Shown piece after piece: positions 1 to 9,142 of a stretch of 64,000 nucleotides of DNA. The position numbers and the translations under genes are program-made. How positions within the stretch are numbered: position 1 is the first letter of the stretch; each line of letters opens with the position of its first letter. The DNA is from Polyangiaceae bacterium (GTDB taxonomy: Bacteria > Myxococcota_A > Polyangia > Polyangiales > Polyangiaceae), in assembly GCA_965222375.1 (NCBI GenBank), contig CBDCTZ010000004.1, forward strand, positions 1-64,000, read 5' to 3'. A model generated the notes under the pieces. The model was not told the DNA's origin and made no database searches. It was given only the letters and a program-made list of their open reading frames with translations.

Positions 1-1
1 A

Positions 2-82
2 GGGATCTTCAAGAAGGGGGTCGAGCGCAATCGAGCGCGCGAACGATTCGAGCTGCACGCGGTAGGAGTGTCGATGCAATGA
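2..82 (+). CDS. 3' end of a gene entering the window, probably an ECF-type RNA polymerase sigma factor
   Basis: Open frame GIFKKGVERNRARERFELHAVGVSMQ* ends in TGA 80-82, overlapping the next ATG (ATGA). The sigma identity is inferred only from context (anti-sigma-like gene follows) and the basic helical tail. Confidence 0.4.
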   Translation, partial: GIFKKGVERNRARERFELHAVGVSMQ

Positions 83-1239
83 CGACGAAACCTCAACCCT
101 TGACCTCGCTGGACTCGGACGCCAGCGACAAGGAGCGTCGCCTGCTCGAAGCCGGAGCGGTCCTCGCTCCGCCCGCAGGCGCCAAGGACGCGATTTGGGC
201 TGAGCTCGCAGCTCGCTTGCCACCGCCGGGGGCGCCCGGCTCTGACGGCGGCGGGCTCGGGGACGGCGGCACCACGGGTGGAAGCGCGGCGGCGGAAGCA
301 GGCGCGGGTAGCTCAGCAGGCGGCTCCGCGGCAGGCACGGGCGCCGCGGGCACGAGTAGCGCAATTGGCGCGGGCAGCGCCGCGGGCACGAGCGCCGCGG
401 GCACGAGTAGCGCAATTGGCGCGGGCAGCGCCGCGGGCACGAGCGCCGCGGGCACGAGTAGCGCAATTGGCGCGGGCAGCGCGGCGGCCGCGGGCGCCGC
501 TGCCACGAGTAGCGCATTGGGCGCGGGTAGTGCCGCGACGGGCGCGGGTAGTGCCGCAGCGGGTGCGGGTGGCGCAGCCGTTTCGAAGGGTGCGGGCCTG
601 TTGGGGATCGCCAAGACGGGCATCGTTGGGCTGGCGGTTGGACTGGTCGTTGCGGGCGGCGCCAACGTTGCGCTCAACCCTAGCGACACGGCGGAGCCTG
701 TGGCGACGGCGGCGCCTGCGCCGGACGAACCCACGAGCGAGACGATGGCGCCCAAGACGGCAGCGGCGCCGACTGACGAGGAGCAAGGCGAGCCCGTGGC
801 GGCCGAGAGCACAGCGCAGCCCACAGGGAGGCACAAAGGCGTCAAGTCCAACCAAACCAAACAGCCCTTGGCTGCCGGCGAGGAGTCCGCTGAGACGCCA
901 GAACCTGCTGCAGTCGACGAACCTGTCCCAGAAACGACACCGCCACCCACTTCAGCTGAGAAGCGCAAGAGTCAGCTTTGGGGGGAGAGTCGGCTGCTTC
1001 GGAGCGCGCGAGCGGCACTTCGAAGCGGCAACGCCGCGAGCGCATTGGCGTTGCTCAATCAGTTTCGGCGCGAATTCCCCAAGCCGGTGTTGGGGCAAGA
1101 ACATGAAGCGTTAGTGATCAAGGCGCTGATGGCCAGCGGCTCCAGCGCGCAGGCGCGTCAGCGAGCGCGCTCGTTTCTGAAGCACCATCCCAAGAGTACT
1201 CACGCAGCGGCGCTGAAAAAGATCGTCGGCAAGCCCTAG
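79..1239 (+). CDS. Single-pass membrane protein with C-terminal TPR-like helices (anti-sigma-like, myxobacterial type)
   Basis: Short N-terminal domain (ERRLLEAG..PPAGAKDAIWAELAARL), Gly/Ala/Ser linker, TM (GIVGLAVGLVVAGGA), Pro/Thr/Glu linker, C-terminal ESRLLRSARAALRSGNAASALALL..FPKPVLGQEHEALVIKAL helical repeat. Confidence 0.7.
   Translation: MTTKPQPLTSLDSDASDKERRLLEAGAVLAPPAGAKDAIWAELAARLPPPGAPGSDGGGLGDGGTTGGSAAAEAGAGSSAGGSAAGTGAAGTSSAIGAGSAAGTSAAGTSSAIGAGSAAGTSAAGTSSAIGAGSAAAAGAAATSSALGAGSAATGAGSAAAGAGGAAVSKGAGLLGIAKTGIVGLAVGLVVAGGANVALNPSDTAEPVATAAPAPDEPTSETMAPKTAAAPTDEEQGEPVAAESTAQPTGRHKGVKSNQTKQPLAAGEESAETPEPAAVDEPVPETTPPPTSAEKRKSQLWGESRLLRSARAALRSGNAASALALLNQFRREFPKPVLGQEHEALVIKALMASGSSAQARQRARSFLKHHPKSTHAAALKKIVGKP
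341..482 (+). repeat. 51-bp perfect tandem repeat, about 2.8 copies, inside CDS 79-1239
   Basis: Unit gcgccgcgggcacgagtagcgcaattggcgcgggcagcgccgcgggcacga starts at 341, 392 and 443; encodes AAGTSSAIGAGSAAGTS. Confidence 0.95.
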
Positions 1240-1265
1240 GCGAGCGCACGCTGTCGGGGCTTTCG

Positions 1266-2219
1266 ATGAAGTCGACTATCTGCGCCGTCGCGCCGCTCTT
1301 GGCATCGCTTTTCGTGAGCGAGGTCTCCGCGGCCACGCCCCATATTCCGGTCATCGAAGTCACGCATGATGGCTCCGCCCAAGACTGCCCGGACACAGGC
1401 GGCATGGTCAGTCGCGTCAACGGAGTCACCGGCCAAGCCTCTGTGCGCGCTGCAGGTGGAGTCCCTGCCAAGCTCACACTGCGTGTCACGCTCAGCGCCA
1501 GCGGCGCGGGTTACACCGCGGAGATCGTGGCGCAAGGGTCGCGAAGCGGGCGTCGGCGGATTGCCGACATCGGCGCCGACTGTGGAGGGCTGGCCGAAGC
1601 CCTCGCGGTAACGCTGGCCATCATCGTCGACGACGAAAAAGCTCGCCCCGCGGATGGTCCGGCGACAGCCGTCCTTCCGTTGAAGCGAACCGCCCCGACT
1701 GCGCTGCCCAAGCCCGTACCAAGCACGCACCTGCATGTGGGTCTCGCCGGCAGCGTGGGATTGCTCGAGCCCGCCGCCGCCGGATTCGCTGCGGGCGGCA
1801 TGCTCGATTTCGGGCCCGCGCTCGTCGGCGTGAATGGTTTCTATTTACCGCGCCGCTCGAGTTCGCTCGGTGGCGGAGAAGTCGAAGTGTCTCTACTCGC
1901 CGCGGGAGTGAGCGGCTGTTGGAAGGCCCTGGCTGAGCCCGCGCTGGTGGCCATTTGCGGCCAGTTACATGTCGGTCAGCTGGCTGGCGAGGCGTTCGGG
2001 TTTTCTCGCAACGACAGTGAGTCGCGTCCCTGGATCGCTCCGGGGTTGGGGGCATCGGGCTTCCTCCCTTTGGGCGACGCCATCGAGCTGTTCACGGCGC
2101 TGCAGCTCTTCTTGCCCCTTCGTGAGGAGAAGTTCTCGATTGATAATGTAGGTGTTGCACACACAACCCCACCCTTTGGGTCTCTGCTCACGATTGGACT
2201 CTCCGTGCCGATCAATTGA
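1266..2219 (+). CDS. Exported hypothetical protein; N-terminal alpha/beta domain with a Cys pair plus C-terminal predicted outer-membrane beta-barrel
   Basis: Signal peptide (..EVSA), DCPD and DCGGLAEALAVTLAIIVD motifs, amphipathic beta-strands in the C-terminal half ending LTIGLSVPIN. Confidence 0.65.
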   Translation: MKSTICAVAPLLASLFVSEVSAATPHIPVIEVTHDGSAQDCPDTGGMVSRVNGVTGQASVRAAGGVPAKLTLRVTLSASGAGYTAEIVAQGSRSGRRRIADIGADCGGLAEALAVTLAIIVDDEKARPADGPATAVLPLKRTAPTALPKPVPSTHLHVGLAGSVGLLEPAAAGFAAGGMLDFGPALVGVNGFYLPRRSSSLGGGEVEVSLLAAGVSGCWKALAEPALVAICGQLHVGQLAGEAFGFSRNDSESRPWIAPGLGASGFLPLGDAIELFTALQLFLPLREEKFSIDNVGVAHTTPPFGSLLTIGLSVPIN

Positions 2220-2249
2220 TGGCAAGCGCCCTTTGCCCCCACTGACCTC

Positions 2250-4967
2250 ATGATGAACCGTTTTGCCTTCGCCGCGCTGCTGAGCACGCTCGCCGCCTTG
2301 GGTGCGCAAGCCTGTGGGCAGGTGGACACGTCTCTGGGCTCGCAAGATCCGGACGGCCAAGGAGACGCGGCACTGGGAGGGCAAGGGGGCATCGGTGGCG
2401 CCTCCGGCGCTGATGCTGGCGGCACCGGCGGCGACGTGGACGGCGCCGCTGGAGCGGGGGACGCCGGTCAGAATCTAGTCCAAGAGCTCGTGAGCGGGCT
2501 CGCCTTCAGCTGCGCGCGGTACGGTGCTGGACAAGTACGCTGCTGGGGCAACAACGTATACGGGCAACAAGGCCACACGACGCCGGATCGCGGTCTGGCC
2601 AGCGGCGAAATGGGCAACTCAGTCATCCCGGTCAACCTCGGCATCGGTCGCAGTGCCAAGGCCTTGGCTACAGGCGCCCACCACGCCTGCGCGATCTTGG
2701 ACACCGATCAAGTGAAGTGCTGGGGCCACAACCGCCATGGTGCGCTCGGGCTCGGTGATCAGAACCACCGCTCGGGTGCGGAGCTCGGCAATTCGTTGCC
2801 AGTTGTCGATCTCGGCACCGGGCGAACCGCCAAAGAAATCGCGACGGGCTTCGACTTCAGCTGCGCCATCTTGAACGACAACAGTGTCAAGTGTTGGGGG
2901 GCAAACGCCGCAGGGCAGCTCGGTCAGGGCCACACCGAGCCTTTAGGTGACGAGTCCGGAGAAATGGGCAATGCGCTGCCTGCGATTGAACTCGGCGCCG
3001 GCCGCACCGCCAAGCAGATCGCTGCAGGGCGGCAGCACGCTTGCGTGATTCTGGACAATGACACCGTGAAGTGTTGGGGCTTCAACACGCACTTCGGCGT
3101 GCTCGGGCTCGGGCAGAGCGGTAACCGCGGGGACCAGGCAGGGGAAATGGGCGACATGCTGCCTGCGGTGGATCTGGGCTCCTTGCGTACGGCGATGGTC
3201 ATCGCCGTTGGAGGTCAACACAGCTGCGCGCTCCTGGACGATCAGAGCGTGAAGTGCTGGGGTCTAAATAGCAGCGGTCAGCTGGGAGTGGGCGACGCTC
3301 AAGCCCGCGGCGACGCCGCGGGTGAGATGGGAGACCAGCTGCCGAGCGTCAACTTGGGCACTGGCCGTACGGCTAAAGCCATCGTCGCCGGTTCGAGTCA
3401 TTCCTGCGCCATCGTGGACAACTCCATGGTGAAGTGCTGGGGCAACAACGCCCTTGGCCAGCTCGGTCTTGGGCACACATCGAGCGTCGGCGACGGCCCC
3501 GGCGAAATGGGTGACGCCCTTCCCTCATTGGACCTGGGAGCGGGGCGCACCGCTCTCGCGCTAGGGGCTGGAGCAGACTTTTCTTGCACAGTTCTGGACA
3601 ACAACCAGCCCAAGTGCTGGGGAGCGAACTCCACCGGTGCGCTTGGCGTTGGTGATAACAAGCATCGCGGCGACGCCCCCGGGGAGATGGGCAGCGCCCT
3701 CCCCGTCGTCGACCTGGGTAGCGCCGTCGCTACGTCCATGGGGCGGGGCGTGCCCAACCTGTACGCTTGTGCCATCGCGGCAGGCGGGCAGGTCCATTGC
3801 TGGGGCAGCAACTACTTCGGCGAGCTTGGGGCGGGCCGCTCCACGTGCGTCGCCGATGAGCCAGGCGAGCTAGCCGCTATGCCTAACGTGAACTTCGGCA
3901 CCGGGCGCACGGCGCAAGCGCTGGCGGCTGGCTCCTACACACTTTGTGGTCTGTTGGACGACGGCAGCGTCAAGTGTCTCGGGGAAGGCTCAGCCATGCT
4001 CGGACAGGGCGACACCCGCGCGCGGGGTGCCCGCCCGCTGGATCAAGGCGACAACCTCCCCCCGATCGACTTGGGCGTCGGGCGCAAAGCCAACGCAATC
4101 GCTGCTGGAACCCAGCACGCCTGCGCCATCCTCGACGATGATTCGATCAAATGCTGGGGCGAAAACGCGGCCGGCCAACTGGGCCTGGGCGACGTCGAAG
4201 CTCGTGGGGATCAGCCAGGCGAAATGGGAGACAACCTGCAACGGGTCGATCTCGGGTCCGGGCGCACGGCGAAAGCCGTCTACGCGGGCGGGCGAACGAC
4301 TTGCGCTGTCCTGGACGACGCTTCGCTGAAGTGTTGGGGGCAAAACAACTGGGGGCGGCTCGGGCTGGGCGACACCGATAACCGGGGCGACCTCCCGGGT
4401 GAGATGGGGGATGCGCTCCCGAGGATCGATCTGGGCAGCTCCAGGACCGCCAGCACAGTCTCCCTAGGCCAGAACAGCATCTGCGCCGTGTTGGACAACG
4501 GGATGGTCAAGTGTTGGGGAGGCGCGGGCCAGGGACTGCTCGGTTCCGGATCTGGCCAGAGCATCGGCGACGCACCCGGTGAAATGGGCGACGCACTGCC
4601 AAATCTGAACCTCGGTGCGGGCGAGTTGGTCACGGCAGTTGCCGTGGGCAACCATCATTCTTGCGCCCTACTCGTTGGTGGCGCCGTCAAGTGTTGGGGT
4701 GACAACAACTTCGGGCAACTGGGGCTCGGCGACCAGTCTGACCGCGGAGACGAGCCGGGGGAGATGGGTGAGGCACTACCCAAAGTTCCCATCGGCGCAG
4801 CGCAAGCAACCAACGTGAGCGTCGGATTCTTCCACAGCTGCGCGCGACTCGCTGGCGGCGCCGTGAAGTGTTGGGGTGACAACGACATGGGCCAACTGGG
4901 CTTGGGGGACAACCTGCCTCGAGGCGTGACGCCCGGGCAGCTGGGACAGAACGTAGTGGGGCTTTGA
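2250..4967 (+). CDS. RCC1/BLIP-II-like repeat lipoprotein, 14 blades
   Basis: Lipobox-like AQAC, Gly-rich tether, 14 repeats of C-A-(I/V)-L-D-x3-VKCWGxNxxGQLG. Confidence 0.9.
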   Translation: MMNRFAFAALLSTLAALGAQACGQVDTSLGSQDPDGQGDAALGGQGGIGGASGADAGGTGGDVDGAAGAGDAGQNLVQELVSGLAFSCARYGAGQVRCWGNNVYGQQGHTTPDRGLASGEMGNSVIPVNLGIGRSAKALATGAHHACAILDTDQVKCWGHNRHGALGLGDQNHRSGAELGNSLPVVDLGTGRTAKEIATGFDFSCAILNDNSVKCWGANAAGQLGQGHTEPLGDESGEMGNALPAIELGAGRTAKQIAAGRQHACVILDNDTVKCWGFNTHFGVLGLGQSGNRGDQAGEMGDMLPAVDLGSLRTAMVIAVGGQHSCALLDDQSVKCWGLNSSGQLGVGDAQARGDAAGEMGDQLPSVNLGTGRTAKAIVAGSSHSCAIVDNSMVKCWGNNALGQLGLGHTSSVGDGPGEMGDALPSLDLGAGRTALALGAGADFSCTVLDNNQPKCWGANSTGALGVGDNKHRGDAPGEMGSALPVVDLGSAVATSMGRGVPNLYACAIAAGGQVHCWGSNYFGELGAGRSTCVADEPGELAAMPNVNFGTGRTAQALAAGSYTLCGLLDDGSVKCLGEGSAMLGQGDTRARGARPLDQGDNLPPIDLGVGRKANAIAAGTQHACAILDDDSIKCWGENAAGQLGLGDVEARGDQPGEMGDNLQRVDLGSGRTAKAVYAGGRTTCAVLDDASLKCWGQNNWGRLGLGDTDNRGDLPGEMGDALPRIDLGSSRTASTVSLGQNSICAVLDNGMVKCWGGAGQGLLGSGSGQSIGDAPGEMGDALPNLNLGAGELVTAVAVGNHHSCALLVGGAVKCWGDNNFGQLGLGDQSDRGDEPGEMGEALPKVPIGAAQATNVSVGFFHSCARLAGGAVKCWGDNDMGQLGLGDNLPRGVTPGQLGQNVVGL

Positions 4968-5041
4968 TGATACGCGCGATGAACTCGGCAACCACAGATG
5001 TCCGTTTTCGAGGAGCGCGATGTTTGGAAAGAGGCAAGTAA

Positions 5042-8000
5042 ATGACACGCATAAACGACATCTGGCACTGGCAGGGATATCGCGTATTCACACTGCTGAT
5101 CGCAGTGCTGGCGATGGGCTGCACCAACCCCGGCTTCGGGGAAGACAGCGAAACGACCCAGTTGGAGCTCTGCTCCGGGTCCACCCTCTCCGCGAGCCCA
5201 ACTGGGCCCCAAAACCCAGGCGTCAATGTGACGCTCACCGCGACCCCAGCGACGTGTGGCGGCGGCGAAACTGCGGAGTATCGCTTTGCCTACCAGCGGG
5301 ACGGCACGACCGAGCCCTACGTGACTTTCCGGGACTGGTCGACAATTCCAACGGCGAACTGGGACACGACAGGGCTACCCTCCGGTAAGTACCACCAGAT
5401 CGTGTACGTGCGCGCTGTTGGCAGCGGAGTGCCTGCTCAGAGTGCGGCGCGAACGACCTACCTGCTTTCGGATGTCTGCACCTCTGCGAGCGTTTCTTCT
5501 TCACCCACGGGGCCGCAGTCACCCGGCACGCCGGTCACTCTCAGCGCAACGGCAAGCTGCACTGGGGGAGCGAGCGCCGAGTTCCGCTTCACCTACAAAG
5601 GTCAATCCGACACGAGCTACACAGAGATTGCACCCTATTCAACCTCTTCCAGTGTGGTGTGGAACACGACGGGCTTGGCTAGCGGCACCTACAACATCTT
5701 GGTGTACGTCCGAGCTGCAGGGAACGCGTCAGGCTGGGAGACGGCGGCACATGGGACCTACTTGCTGGGCGGTGTGTGCAGCTCCGTGAGCCTTGCGATC
5801 GCACCGCCATCGCCCCAACCCGTCGGCACGGTCGTGGGCTTGACGGGCAGCGCGACGTGCGCCGCGGGCACGACACCCGAGTACCGCTTCTTATATCGGC
5901 CCGCCGGAACCAGCGCCTATACGCAAATCCAGGGATACTCTACGGTCGCAACGGCAAGCTGGGCAACGGCTGGGCTACCCAACGGCCCCTATGAACTCGT
6001 GGTCCAAGCCCGCGCAGTCGGCAACACATCCGGAGCCGAGGCGGTCGCAGCCGCGGGGTATTCCCTTGGCGTAGACGCGAGGGTAGCGACGGGTTCGGGG
6101 CATGGGTGCGTTGTCGTGAACGGGGGCGTCAAGTGTTTCGGCAGGGCGCTCCTTGGCGGTGCCCCGGGGCAGGCGTCGACAGACCGAGGCCTCGAGATTG
6201 GCGACATGGGCGACGGACTGCCCGCAGTCGATGTCGGTACGGGACAGACCGTTCAGGCCGTGGCGCAGGGCGCGTATCACACCTGTGCAATCCTGGGCAC
6301 CGGAGCCGTCAAGTGTTGGGGTTCAAACAGTAGCGGTGCTCTTGGGCAGGGAGACACGCTCTCGCGTTCCGCGGGGGCCGGCCTCTTGGGCAACAGCTTG
6401 CCGGCGGTGGACTTGGGCACTGGAATGACCGCCACCGCCATCACCGCTGGCGGTGGGTTTACGTGCGCCATTCTCAACGACGCTTCGGTGAAATGTTGGG
6501 GGTCGAATAGCCTCGGTCAACTCGGCCTCGGTGACCGCAGCGCGCGCGGGGACGCACCTGGCGAGATGGGCGATAGCCTCCCAGCCGTCAACCTCGGCAC
6601 CGGACGCACCGCAAGAGCCATTGCGGCGGGTGCGAGCCACGCCTGCGCGATCCTCGACAACGACACGGTCAAATGCTGGGGGTTCAACACCTACGGCGCG
6701 CTCGGGGTCGGGGACTCCGTTACGCGCGGCGACGACCCCGGCGAAATGGGCGATACCCTTCCTGTCGTGGCGCTCGGGACGGGCCGTATCGCAACGTCCT
6801 TGTCGCTGGGCGCGAACCTGAGCTGCGCGCGCTTGGACAACGGTGCGGTGAAGTGCTGGGGCATGAACTTCTGGGGCCAACTAGGACAGGGAGACACAGC
6901 GACTCGCGGCAACGACCCTGGCGAGATGGGCGATAGCCTCCCCGCGATCAGTCTAGGGACCACGGCGGTCAGCATCGCGGCGGGCGGCCAACACGCCTGC
7001 GCCTTGCTCAGCAACAACACCACGAAGTGTTGGGGCTACAACACCGACGGCCAGCTTGGTGTCGGCGACACGAACCATCGGGGGGACCAGGCCGGCGAGA
7101 TGGGCGCGAGTCTGCCGGCGATATCCCTTGGCGCGGGTCGGAGCGCAGTCAAGATCCTCGGCACGTATCTAAACACGTGTGCCGAACTGGACAACGGGTC
7201 CATGAAATGCTGGGGCGCGAGTTGGGCAGGCATGTTGGGCATCGGCCCGAGTGACACCCGGGGCGATCAACCCGGGGACATGGGCAACAACCTGCCATCG
7301 TTTGACTTCGGGACGGGTCGCAGCGTGCAGTCGCTTGGAGCAGGTTTCGGCTACCACTTTGCCTGCGCCGTTCTGGACAATGCGACGGTAAAATGCTGGG
7401 GCGCCAACAGCTACGGCCAATTGGGTGTGGACCGCTCCGCAAATGTCGGCGACGAAAGCCAAGACATGGGGGCCCAGCTCGAATACGTCGATCTCGGCAC
7501 CGGTACGACCGTCGTGCAGGCCGCGGCGGGGGACACCCACTCTTGCGCGCTGCTCTCTAGCGGCGAGGTAAAATGTTGGGGCAGCAACCGCTATGGCACG
7601 CTAGGCTTGGACGATACCCAGCGACGCTCGGGCCGCGCAATCTACATGGGCAACAACTTGCCGGCGCTGAACCTGGGACAGTCGGCCCTGGCAATCGATG
7701 TGGGGCACGACCACTCCTGCGCCATCCTCGCGAACGGGGCGATCAAGTGCTGGGGTCGCAACGACGCTGGCCAGTTGGGGCTAGGCGATACCCACGACCG
7801 CGGCGACCAAGCGGGCGAAATGGGCTCCTTGGCCACCGTCGACCTGGGTGGCCGCGCGGCGAAGTCTCTGGGCCTGGGGTATCGGCATTCCTGTGCCGTG
7901 CTGGACGATGACAGCCTTCGCTGTTGGGGCTGGAACCTCTTCGGGCAACTCGGGCTCGAGGACCAGCAGACGCGAGGAGACAGCCCGGGTGAAATGGGAG

Positions 8001-8575
8001 CGGCGCTTCCGACGGTCAACTTGGGGACTGGACGAAGCGCCCAGCAAGTGTCGGCTGGCGTCTACAACACATGCGCAATCCTCGACACCGGTGCCGTCAA
8101 GTGCTGGGGCGTAAACGTGCACGGCCAGCTGGGGCAAGGCGATACCCAATGGCGCGGCTGGAAGGCCGGCGAAATGGGCGACGCTCTCCTGCCCATCGAC
8201 CTAGGGAGCGGCCGCACGGCCACAGATCTCGGTGTGGGCTCGCAACACGTCTGCGCCGTGCTCGACAACTTCAGCGTAAAGTGTTGGGGCCAGAACGCGT
8301 ATGGCAAACTCGGCTACGGCGACTCTGCTTCCCGGGGCGACCAACCCGGGGAAATGGGCAACGCCCTGGCGGCACTCAACCTGGGATCGAACAAGCTCGC
8401 TCTCGACGTGGCTGCCGGCTGGAACCACAATTGCGCCGCGTTCAGCGACGGTACGGTCAAGTGCTGGGGATACAACGGCGCGGGCGAACTCGGTCTGGGT
8501 GACACCGTCCATCGCGGCGACAACGTGGCCGAAATGGCGAACTTCCTCCCGACCGTGGATTTGGGAACTCTCTGA
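5042..8575 (+). CDS. RCC1/BLIP-II-like repeat lipoprotein, 14 blades, with three N-terminal Ig-like (Y_Y_Y-like) repeats
   Basis: Lipobox LAMGC; three ~98-aa repeats (SPTGPQ.PG..VTL.A...C.GG..AEYRF.Y.....W.T.GL.SG.Y...VYVRA.G); then 14 KCWG blades. Confidence 0.9.
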   Translation: MTRINDIWHWQGYRVFTLLIAVLAMGCTNPGFGEDSETTQLELCSGSTLSASPTGPQNPGVNVTLTATPATCGGGETAEYRFAYQRDGTTEPYVTFRDWSTIPTANWDTTGLPSGKYHQIVYVRAVGSGVPAQSAARTTYLLSDVCTSASVSSSPTGPQSPGTPVTLSATASCTGGASAEFRFTYKGQSDTSYTEIAPYSTSSSVVWNTTGLASGTYNILVYVRAAGNASGWETAAHGTYLLGGVCSSVSLAIAPPSPQPVGTVVGLTGSATCAAGTTPEYRFLYRPAGTSAYTQIQGYSTVATASWATAGLPNGPYELVVQARAVGNTSGAEAVAAAGYSLGVDARVATGSGHGCVVVNGGVKCFGRALLGGAPGQASTDRGLEIGDMGDGLPAVDVGTGQTVQAVAQGAYHTCAILGTGAVKCWGSNSSGALGQGDTLSRSAGAGLLGNSLPAVDLGTGMTATAITAGGGFTCAILNDASVKCWGSNSLGQLGLGDRSARGDAPGEMGDSLPAVNLGTGRTARAIAAGASHACAILDNDTVKCWGFNTYGALGVGDSVTRGDDPGEMGDTLPVVALGTGRIATSLSLGANLSCARLDNGAVKCWGMNFWGQLGQGDTATRGNDPGEMGDSLPAISLGTTAVSIAAGGQHACALLSNNTTKCWGYNTDGQLGVGDTNHRGDQAGEMGASLPAISLGAGRSAVKILGTYLNTCAELDNGSMKCWGASWAGMLGIGPSDTRGDQPGDMGNNLPSFDFGTGRSVQSLGAGFGYHFACAVLDNATVKCWGANSYGQLGVDRSANVGDESQDMGAQLEYVDLGTGTTVVQAAAGDTHSCALLSSGEVKCWGSNRYGTLGLDDTQRRSGRAIYMGNNLPALNLGQSALAIDVGHDHSCAILANGAIKCWGRNDAGQLGLGDTHDRGDQAGEMGSLATVDLGGRAAKSLGLGYRHSCAVLDDDSLRCWGWNLFGQLGLEDQQTRGDSPGEMGAALPTVNLGTGRSAQQVSAGVYNTCAILDTGAVKCWGVNVHGQLGQGDTQWRGWKAGEMGDALLPIDLGSGRTATDLGVGSQHVCAVLDNFSVKCWGQNAYGKLGYGDSASRGDQPGEMGNALAALNLGSNKLALDVAAGWNHNCAAFSDGTVKCWGYNGAGELGLGDTVHRGDNVAEMANFLPTVDLGTL

Positions 8576-8588
8576 GCAGAAGGGTTCC

Positions 8589-8885
8589 CTACGCCCCCTT
8601 CCCCAACGCCACAATCGTCGGCTTCTTCGCCTCTTGCGGCCAGTTGACGAAGAGCACGGCTGCGTCTTTGGCGCGGCGGATCTTTAGCTTCATGGTTTTG
8701 CCTTGGCGCAGGCGCACGACGAAGTCGGCGGACTTGCCGGGGCGGATGGAGGAGAAGTAGTTGACGTTCTCTTTGCCGAAGCCCTCAGGAGCGTCGACGG
8801 AGACGATCTCGCCGCCGCAGTTCACTTTGAGCCACTCGCGGACGATCTTCATGAAGCACTTGCCGGGCTGGGAGTTCTTTTCTTC
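8589..8885 (-). pseudogene. Probable C-terminal fragment of a hypothetical protein (ORF 8589-8852 plus upstream in-frame EKNSQPGKCF)
   Basis: Strong GC3 coding bias; the frame stays open upstream into the nucleotidyltransferase gene, suggesting a lost 5' end. Confidence 0.45.
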
Positions 8886-9142
8886 CTGCCGAGCATCCAG
8901 ACTTTGCCGGGTGCCGCCAGCTCTTTTGCAGTGGGCACGGGATTGAATCCAAAGCCCATCAGTGCTTGCCGCAGTTTGCGGGCGTTCGCCAGAGTCGGCT
9001 CCACGAAGACATCGAGATCTTCAGTCAGTCTTGGTTCTGCGTGTCCTGCAAACGCGTGGCCACCGACCAGCACGAAGCGGACGCGATGCGAGATCAGCAG
9101 ACTCAAGAACTCGGACCAATCGCGACCGAACTTGACTTTCAC
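8849..9142 (-). pseudogene. Truncated minimal nucleotidyltransferase (DUF6036-like)
   Basis: GTG start at 9142; LVGGHAFAGHAEPRLTEDLDVFVEPTLANA contains the GG..DxD NTase motif; the family-like sequence stops at WMLGRK before the third Asp strand. Confidence 0.7.

Noticed and set aside
2250..8575. Repeated ~180-nt units as a CRISPR array or DGR template/variable repeats
   Set aside because: They are in-frame coding repeats with synonymous divergence; no spacers, cas genes, reverse transcriptase or adenine-specific mismatch pair seen.
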